A program made the translations under genes and the position numbers. This document shows positions 8,564 through 14,141 of a stretch of DNA of 64,000 nt, in pieces (positions within the stretch are counted from its first letter, which is position 1; each line of letters opens with the position of its first letter). The DNA comes from Thermomicrobiales bacterium (GTDB lineage Bacteria; Chloroflexota; Chloroflexia; Thermomicrobiales; UBA6265), in NCBI GenBank assembly GCA_049840815.1, contig JASGJI010000012.1, positions 40,157-104,156 of the forward strand, read 5' to 3'. Under the pieces are notes generated by a model. It did not search any database and was not told the DNA's origin. It saw only the letters and a program-made list of their open reading frames with translations.

Positions 8564-8710
8564 GACGGTTCCTCCTGACGGAAAAGCGGTGAGATGGTTC
8601 GGCAGCGAAAAGGTTGTGGGCGGATTGTACCAGAACAGATGTCCTCATCAACATGCATGCGCTGATACGCTGTCGTCCGCCCACACCCACCACGCGCGCC
8701 AGCAAGCCCG

Positions 8711-9019
8711 CTACGACGTAGAAGCCTTCTCCCTGGCGGGCATCTCCTTCGCGTACCTCGCGATCCGCTCAGCTATCACATGGCACATCGCATGATCGAT
8801 CGCCATCAATTCAATGAAGTACTGGACGTGCTCGGCAGGAATGCGCTTCGTGATGCGGGTGCCATCTGCCAGGTCGGCGATGAGTAGCATCGAGCCGTCC
8901 GCTTCGTGGTGAGTCTTCCAGTCGGTGAAGTGCGTTCCCGGCTGATCAGGATCGAATCGGATGAACATCAGTCGGGTGCCGTCGGGGATGGCAGCGTGCA
9001 GGCGGTCGCGCTTCTTCAT
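8711..9019 (-). CDS. hypothetical protein
   Basis: 102-aa ORF with an AAAGGA RBS 8 nt upstream of the ATG. Confidence 0.5.
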   Translation of the reverse strand: MKKRDRLHAAIPDGTRLMFIRFDPDQPGTHFTDWKTHHEADGSMLLIADLADGTRITKRIPAEHVQYFIELMAIDHAMCHVIAERIARYAKEMPAREKASTS

Positions 9020-9187
9020 GGTCGATGTCCTTTCGGAGAATGCGGGTACGGCGGGAGTGCTGCTGTGGATCGCCAGGAAGGCCGTCAGGCGGCGTTGTCC
9101 TCGCGCATGGAGGATCTATCGTTTATGTCACCTTGGACCTGCGTAGCCCCTCCCTGGCGGCGGTCATCGTGACCCTCTCCATCGAGT

Positions 9188-9218
9188 GGGCGCGTCAGCG
9201 GAAGAAGGCGACGCGCCC
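9188..9218 (-). terminator. Hairpin after Zn-ribbon gene
   Basis: GGGCGCGTC / GACGCGCCC (9-bp stem, 13-nt loop), 11 nt downstream of the stop at 9229. Confidence 0.45.
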
Positions 9219-9228
9219 ATGTCGCAGG

Positions 9229-9396
9229 TCAGGCGTGCAGGCGTCTCCCGCATTCCTCGCAGAAGAACCAGCGGGGGCCGATGGCGGTGCCACAGACTGG
9301 ACAGACCACGTCTTCACCGGCGAGCGGGTCGATGGCGTCCGCGTCCATGTGGCCGGGCTGCGGTCGGCGGAAGATGCGACGAAGGAAGGTCAGCAT
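9229..9396 (-). CDS. small zinc-ribbon protein
   Basis: CPVCG...CEECG double CxxC. The ATG at 9396 is preferred (GGAG 9 nt upstream). The track start at 9438 lies inside the big hairpin. Confidence 0.5.
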   Translation of the reverse strand: MLTFLRRIFRRPQPGHMDADAIDPLAGEDVVCPVCGTAIGPRWFFCEECGRRLHA

Positions 9397-9419
9397 GGGG
9401 GAGTTCTCCGGTGCCGATG

Positions 9420-9487
9420 ATGGACTCAAAAGGCTCAAAAGCCGGTTCGCTATAACAATCGGGAGGCTTTGAGCCTTTTGAGTCCAT
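9420..9487. repeat. Large intergenic inverted repeat (20-bp perfect arms, ~28-nt spacer)
   Basis: ATGGACTCAAAAGGCTCAAA ... TTTGAGCCTTTTGAGTCCAT. The arms are A/T-richer than their surroundings. Confidence 0.85.
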
Positions 9488-9505
9488 GAGCCTATGGTTC
9501 AGGGA

Positions 9506-9852
9506 TCAATCCGCGTGTGCCGAGAAGTTGGAGCCGGGCACCGTCTCGATACCGTTGACGCGGCTCCGTGCTTCGCGGAAGGCCTTCGCAGCCAGCCTGG
9601 TGGCTTCGTGGTACCCCAGCTGGTGCGATGCCTCGCGCTCGACCTCGCGGAAGGCGCGTTCGGCTTCGTTGCGAATGGCGCGGGCTTCTCCCTGGCCTTC
9701 CGGTCGAAGGGGTCAGTCGCCGCATACGCGGCGCGGGTAGCCAGCCATTCGGCCTGCGTCTCGACCAGCTGGCGGTACAGACCGGCGCGGTCATCGGTTG
9801 GGACGGTCGGGCTGACGATGAGCGTGAGATGTTGGCGGGCGACGGTTTCCAT
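9506..9852 (-). pseudogene. hypothetical gene split by a frameshift at a G4/C4 run (9709-9712)
   Basis: The start at ATG 9852 has an AGGAGG RBS (METVARQHLTL...AAYAATD). A protein-like continuation, PLRPEGQGEARAIRNEAERAFREVEREASHQLGYHEATRLAAKAFREARSRVNGIE...HAD, lies in the -1 frame and has no start codon of its own. Confidence 0.55.
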
Positions 9853-9927
9853 GACGATGGCCTCCTGAGCGGCTACACGGGCCGTTGTGGCGTGTTTCTG
9901 GTCACGATGGGTTGGGAGTCGTTCGAA

Positions 9928-9957
9928 CCTGTGAGCGCGTACGTACGCGCTCGCAGG
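9928..9957. repeat. 30-bp near-perfect palindrome after gene 9965-10303
   Basis: CCTGTGAGCGCGTAC|GTACGCGCTCGCAGG, 14 of 15 positions complementary. Confidence 0.8.
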
Positions 9958-9964
9958 AATTCGG

Positions 9965-10303
9965 TCAGGCCGCGCGACGGTGGGCGGTATGCCCGATGTA
10001 GGTGGGTCGGTGTGGCAGGCGAGCGGGGAGCGGAACGAACCCGTCTCGACGCTCCTGATCGCGGTAGGCATCTTCCTCGTCCAGCCACGCATCCATCGGG
10101 TAGTTGTCCAGCGCGTCGAGGTCAGCCGGGACAACGCTGGCCGATGTGAGGATCTTGCCCAGCGTCTCCGCCAGGGCCTCGGCCTCGCTCGCGAGGCTGT
10201 TGCAGCATGCTTCGTCCACGCTACTGGGAAGGGTTCCACCAACGGTGCGGGCGAGCGCGGCAAAGTGGGTCAGCCGATCGATGAGCGTTTCCGTGTCCGT
10301 CAT
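9965..10303 (-). CDS. hypothetical protein
   Basis: 112-aa ORF with a strong GAAGGAG RBS upstream of the ATG. Confidence 0.55.
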   Translation of the reverse strand: MTDTETLIDRLTHFAALARTVGGTLPSSVDEACCNSLASEAEALAETLGKILTSASVVPADLDALDNYPMDAWLDEEDAYRDQERRDGFVPLPARLPHRPTYIGHTAHRRAA

Positions 10304-10320
10304 GGGGTGCTCCTTCGGGG

Positions 10321-10349
10321 CGGGGAGTGTGCGAGCTGCACACTCCCCG
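10321..10349 (-). terminator. 12-bp stem hairpin between cistrons
   Basis: CGGGGAGTGTGC-gagct-GCACACTCCCCG, just downstream of the stop at 10360. Confidence 0.5.
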
Positions 10350-10359
10350 ACCGGCTGAA

Positions 10360-10917
10360 CTAGCCGAGATCGATACGGCGGGTCTCGGCGATGACGACGG
10401 TGGTGCCGTTGCCTGCCGTCGCGGCGATGGTTGCCCGGCGTTCAGCTCGGGCGGTGTCCCGACGTTCACGGGCGGCGTTAGCCACCGGGTTGTTCGGCTG
10501 CTTGCGCGGCGCGACCGGCGTGGGGTCCTGCTGCGGGTTCTTTCTCGCCTTCCGCTGAGCCTTCCAGGCGTCCGGCTCCCACGCCTTGCCGTGCTCGGCC
10601 TCCCAGTCGGAAATGCTCTCCGTCTGGGCGATGTCGAAGGCGCTGCCCAGGTTGAAGCGCGGGTGCAGGTCCATCTCTCCGGCGAGCATGCCGGCGGCGT
10701 GGTCAATGCTCGGTGCGTTGGCGATGTCGTCAGCGAGTCCATCGGCACTGCGGACCTTCGGCACAAAGATCTTGATCGCCTTTTCACCCTTCCTGATCTT
10801 CCGGCCACGCATGGCCCACTCGCTCGCGGGCAGCACGACGGTCGCGGTCGGGAACTGGGATGCGATCAATCGGGCATTGGTAACGCTGTAGCGTTCGGTG
10901 AAGAGAGGCATGTCCAC
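10360..10917 (-). CDS. ArdC-N-like (DUF1738-like) ssDNA-binding protein, no protease domain
   Basis: ASEWAMRGRKIRKGEKAIKIFVP resembles the ArdC N-terminal motif (W..G..V+KGEK). The C-terminal half is basic and low-complexity. GTG start with an AGGAAGGA RBS. Confidence 0.45.
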   Translation of the reverse strand: MDMPLFTERYSVTNARLIASQFPTATVVLPASEWAMRGRKIRKGEKAIKIFVPKVRSADGLADDIANAPSIDHAAGMLAGEMDLHPRFNLGSAFDIAQTESISDWEAEHGKAWEPDAWKAQRKARKNPQQDPTPVAPRKQPNNPVANAARERRDTARAERRATIAATAGNGTTVVIAETRRIDLG

Positions 10918-10974
10918 GGTCGATTCCTTCCTGCGGGAGCGGGGAGCAGCGGTGAACCGCTCCCGGCGGGCGAG

Positions 10975-11331
10975 CTAGGCGGCTTGGCTGTGGGGCTGGG
11001 TCGCCGCCGCGAGCTTGATCCGGGAGGCCTCGTAGTACCGCCAGACGCGGCAAGCGGCGCGGTTCAGGAACTCCGTAGAGGCGGAGCAATACTGGTGAAG
11101 CAGGAAGGCGGTGCCGTCCTTCCGGTATCCCCATGCCTCGACCTTCTGATCCCTCACGATGAGGAACCCGATACGCTCGCCGGTGGCCGGAATGCGGATG
11201 TCCTGCTGTACCGATGCGACGGGGTGACATGCGACGTTCTGGGTATCCACGATTGCCCTCCCTGGGCGTTGCCGGTCCGGCTGCAACCGGGTCCGGCGGC
11301 TGATGTAGGTGGAAGCCTTGCCGGTTTCCAT
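10975..11331 (-). CDS. hypothetical protein
   Basis: 118-aa ORF, first gene of the leftward array, divergent from the XRE gene. Confidence 0.45.
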   Translation of the reverse strand: METGKASTYISRRTRLQPDRQRPGRAIVDTQNVACHPVASVQQDIRIPATGERIGFLIVRDQKVEAWGYRKDGTAFLLHQYCSASTEFLNRAACRVWRYYEASRIKLAAATQPHSQAA

Positions 11332-11417
11332 TGGACTAATAGTAATCCATTACGTATCAAATAGCAATAGGGTAGTGGTAGAATAGTGGTAGTAATCGCC
11401 TATAACCCGGGAGAACT
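11332..11417. promoter_or_regulatory. AT-rich divergent promoter/operator region
   Basis: Locally AT-rich. Direct repeats TAGTGGTAG sit at 11373 and 11384 (11-bp spacing), with a TAGAAT -10-like hexamer 34 nt upstream of the XRE ATG. Confidence 0.5.
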
Positions 11418-11627
11418 ATGAAGACGATCGAGCAGATGAGGAAGTCCGCGGGCATGACGCAGATGCAGTTAGCCGTAGCGGTCGGTGTGTCGCTCGCCAC
11501 GGTGTACAACTGGGAAGCCCGCAAGACTGAGCCGAAAGCATCACAACTCCGGAAGGTTGCGACTCTCTTCGGGGTATCGATGGACGATATCGACTTCGAG
11601 CCAAGAGACAAAGTAGCCGCCGGGTGA
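11418..11627 (+). CDS. XRE-family helix-turn-helix transcriptional regulator
   Basis: MTQMQLAVAVGVSLATVYNWEARKTEP is a classic Cro/CI-type HTH. 69 aa. Confidence 0.85.
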   Translation: MKTIEQMRKSAGMTQMQLAVAVGVSLATVYNWEARKTEPKASQLRKVATLFGVSMDDIDFEPRDKVAAG

Positions 11628-11697
11628 TTGATCACTCGGCGGCTGGCAAGGCTCCCACCGTTTGCAGTCGGTGGAGGACATCGCCAGTGTAGCGGAT

Positions 11698-11776
11698 TCG
11701 TCCTTTCGTCCTTTCGTCCCGTTCCCTAGTGTGAAGCGGTTTGGGACGAATATCGGGACGAATCCGAACGGGACGA
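11698..11776. repeat. TCGTCC iteron array (3 direct with 8-bp period + 3 inverted)
   Basis: TCGTCC at 11698, 11706 and 11714. GGACGA at 11744, 11756 and 11771. Confidence 0.8.
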
Positions 11777-11851
11777 GAGGCAGGCGGGGCAACCCCATCC
11801 CTGTGCAGTTGAGACGCCAAGGACCCGGAGATCAGGCGTGGTACATACACC

Positions 11852-12040
11852 ATGCAGCCTATTGTCGTCCTGGTGCCCATCGTGATCGCCCTAGGCTTCT
11901 GGGGCTGGATGTTCAGCGATATGGAGAAGAACGCCGAGATCACACCGGAGCAACGGCAGTGGTGGCGGTTCGCCTTCCTGTTCGGCAACGTTGTCACCGC
12001 AGCGTTCTACTTCGGCTACGTGTACCTGCGGCGATCGTAA
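11852..12040 (+). CDS. small two-TM membrane protein (PLD-N-terminal-like)
   Basis: 62 aa with two hydrophobic segments and a W/F-rich pattern that resembles small PLDc_N-type proteins. The assignment is tentative. Confidence 0.5.
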   Translation: MQPIVVLVPIVIALGFWGWMFSDMEKNAEITPEQRQWWRFAFLFGNVVTAAFYFGYVYLRRS

Positions 12041-12047
12041 CCACCAC

Positions 12048-12167
12048 TCCGCCAAAGCGGTCCGCCAAATTCCCTATATATGGCGGAGTGGCGGACTGGC
12101 GGACCGCTCCCACCTGTCCGCCAAATCGGAGTACGGGGATTGCTGGCGGAGCGCTCTGGCTGGCGGA
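12048..12167. repeat. TCCGCCA/TGGCGGA iteron cluster (8 copies) around a TATATA core
   Basis: TCCGCCA at 12048, 12061 and 12117. TGGCGGA at 12081, 12089, 12097 (8-bp period), 12144 and 12161. The same heptamer recurs in repeat copy B (13524, 13568). Confidence 0.85.
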
Positions 12168-12259
12168 CTGGTATTCACGTGTTGCGTGACTATGAGGCTC
12201 GCCCATCCCGCTGGGCGAGCGGGACATACCGCGCGTTGCGGGGCCAGCAGGTACGCAGG

Positions 12260-12448
12260 GAGATGGGTGAGCAGGTGGACAGCACACCATCACGCGGGTG
12301 AGCGGGTAGGGGGTGAGCGGGTAGGCAGGTGGGGAGCGGGAGCGTCTGTCTGATTGTTGGTTGGTAGGTGAAGCGGTAGCGTGTGTTCTGTTTGGTGTTG
12401 TGGTAGGGGATTGTATTATTGGTTGGGATTGTGTTGTGTGATTGGGTG
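12260..12448. other. G-rich then G+T-rich, C-depleted tract (no ORF)
   Basis: Tandem GTGAGCGGGTAGG at 12298 and 12313, with several GGG runs. The tract 12351-12448 contains only 3 C in 98 nt. Confidence 0.8.
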
Positions 12449-12631
12449 CCCTACCCACCTGTCGATATGAATTACCCGAAAATCCTCCGAACCCGCCCAC
12501 AAGATCACGCTGCTTTCACGAATTATGTCTACCTGCTGCCCTGATCGGTCGTGTGCCGGTTGCGTAGTTTCCGGCCAGCAGGTGGTGATGGTGCACGGCA
12601 GGAGGTGTAGCAGCAAAGCAGCGTGACAACC

Positions 12632-12853
12632 TTATTCTGGATGCAGGGCAGGCAGGTGTTCCGGCGCTCGGGTGCCGACAATCGGAACGTCAGTAGCGCC
12701 GGTGCGGTCGGCATTGGTGAGGTATCGGGGCTTCCGTATTCTGGTTGAGGGGTGAACAGGTTGCGAAACGTAAGTGACAGCCTGTCGCCCTCTCGCGTAG
12801 CTCCGAAACCACTCGGCAGGCATTGTATACACAGCCGATACCCCCGATCGCAT
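12632..12853 (-). CDS. possible small basic protein (73 aa)
   Basis: The start overlaps the upstream stop as TAATG. The composition is only weakly coding-like. Confidence 0.25.
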   Translation of the reverse strand: MRSGVSAVYTMPAEWFRSYARGRQAVTYVSQPVHPSTRIRKPRYLTNADRTGATDVPIVGTRAPEHLPALHPE

Positions 12854-13077
12854 TATCCGGATTCCGCGATCAATTCCACCTGGCGACCTGGCAGCGGTAT
12901 AGGGCGCACGTCGCTGATGTCCCAGTCGCCGGACTCGACATGCTGAATGAGTTGGTCACCGTCAGGTTCGGCACGAAGTTGGTCAAGGAGTTTTGTGTGT
13001 TCCTTGAGTGCTGTTCGCGAGCTGTAGCCCACCGCCTTGGCGAGCTGGCCAGCGGTGGATCGGTCGTTCTTGGTCAC
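12853..13077 (-). CDS. hypothetical protein with HTH-like segment
   Basis: 74 aa. STAGQLAKAVGYSSRTALKEH looks like a helix-turn-helix. The gene overlaps the upstream gene's stop (13074-13077). Confidence 0.5.
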   Translation of the reverse strand: MTKNDRSTAGQLAKAVGYSSRTALKEHTKLLDQLRAEPDGDQLIQHVESGDWDISDVRPIPLPGRQVELIAESG

Positions 13078-13415
13078 GGTGGAGCCGGAACCGGCTCCAC
13101 CGTGACCGCGCCTCCTGCCTCCGCTTTGGCGATGAACTCATCGCGGATGATCTGCGGGGTGTTGTTGGAGGCGAGCGCATAGAGGGCTTTAGCAGGCAAA
13201 TTCGAAACGGTTTCGAATTTGCCTGAGAAATGCTCGGCAACATTCATGAAGTTGTTCGCCGTCTTCCAGCTCCACCCGAACTCCGCCTCCAGCCACGCGC
13301 CGAACTGCCCATGACCGAGCAAGCCCTTCACCCGGATCAGCTCGCGCCCCATCTCAATGATCTGCTCGCCGGTCTTGCGTTCGAGGAAGTGGAGGCGGTC
13401 GGTTGCCGCCTCCAC
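13074..13415 (-). CDS. DUF3102-like protein
   Basis: GRELIRVKGLLGHGQFGAWLEAEFGWSWKTANNFMNVA matches the DUF3102 signature (HG.F..WL...F..S.RTA..FM) common in plasmids and phages. Confidence 0.65.
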   Translation of the reverse strand: MEAATDRLHFLERKTGEQIIEMGRELIRVKGLLGHGQFGAWLEAEFGWSWKTANNFMNVAEHFSGKFETVSNLPAKALYALASNNTPQIIRDEFIAKAEAGGAVTVEPVPAPP

Positions 13416-13505
13416 GATGGTTCGCAGAGATCCTTAGGGGAGGCATGGAGAAAACACCAGAAAGGTCGTACGCCTCCAGAGGCCAGAGCTTTCTGGTGTT
13501 TCTGG

Positions 13506-13639
13506 CATATTCGCATTTGTCCCTCCGCCAACCGATAAATGCGAATCGCATTATTCGCATTTATTCCTCCGCCAACCGATAAATGCGATAAATGCGAATC
13601 GCATTTATCAGTTGCCCGCCATTCCTCACGAGGCTTCCG
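13506..13639. repeat. AT-rich palindromic iteron module, copy B (inverted relative to copy A, with one extra unit)
   Basis: The reverse complement of 13535-13630 matches 1836-1931 with 4 mismatches. There is an additional CCTCCGCCAACCGATAAATGCGA-like unit at 13506-13545. Confidence 0.9.
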
Positions 13640-13681
13640 AGTGATTATGGAGACGCGCACGATCTCGTTCACAGTACAGGC

Positions 13682-13981
13682 TCACTCAGACGCCAGCTTC
13701 GACGGTCCGTACTTCGCCAGCATGCGGCGGGTCACTTCATCCCGTCGCCGGATTGCCCGCTCCCGCGTGGCGGCGTCCATCACCGGCGCGATGACCGGTC
13801 GATCGCTGGCACCGTCCGCCTGTTTCGTCTCTGCCTCGGTCTTGGGATGCATCTTCCGCCAGGCCGCACCACAGCGACGGCTGCAGGTGAGATGGGTGCG
13901 CCAGCGTGTCGATGACTCATAGCGGCTCTTCGTGAAGGTCGCTCCGCAGATAGGGCAGCGGCGTTCCTGGTCGTCGGGCAT
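13682..13981 (-). CDS. zinc-ribbon protein
   Basis: MPDDQERRCPICG...CSRRCG. The ATG at 13981 is preferred over the longer track ORF. Confidence 0.5.
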   Translation of the reverse strand: MPDDQERRCPICGATFTKSRYESSTRWRTHLTCSRRCGAAWRKMHPKTEAETKQADGASDRPVIAPVMDAATRERAIRRRDEVTRRMLAKYGPSKLASE

Positions 13982-14141
13982 GTTTCCCCCTTGTCGTGGA
14001 ATTGAACATTCGAACTTTCTTTTGCGATTTCCGGGTGAACAGATGGCGAGCATCGCGCACCAGAAACACTATTATGTCTACTTGATCCGATACAATGGAG
14101 GTACCCGGATTCGCGGGGATCACCGTTGAAGAGGTCGCCCT

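Noticed and set aside
9499-10263. 254-aa ORF spanning several small genes
   Set aside because: It is a composite. Only its segment from 9852 downward has an RBS and protein-like sequence. It overlaps the RBS-supported gene at 9965-10303 in another frame.
13337-13672. 111-aa ORF sharing a 30-aa peptide with the C-terminus of the DUF3987-like protein, which could suggest a truncated gene duplicate
   Set aside because: The similarity is confined to the ~105-bp palindromic DNA module and stops abruptly at its edges. The rest of the ORF overlaps the DUF3102-like gene out of frame. It is better explained as a DNA repeat than as a gene remnant.
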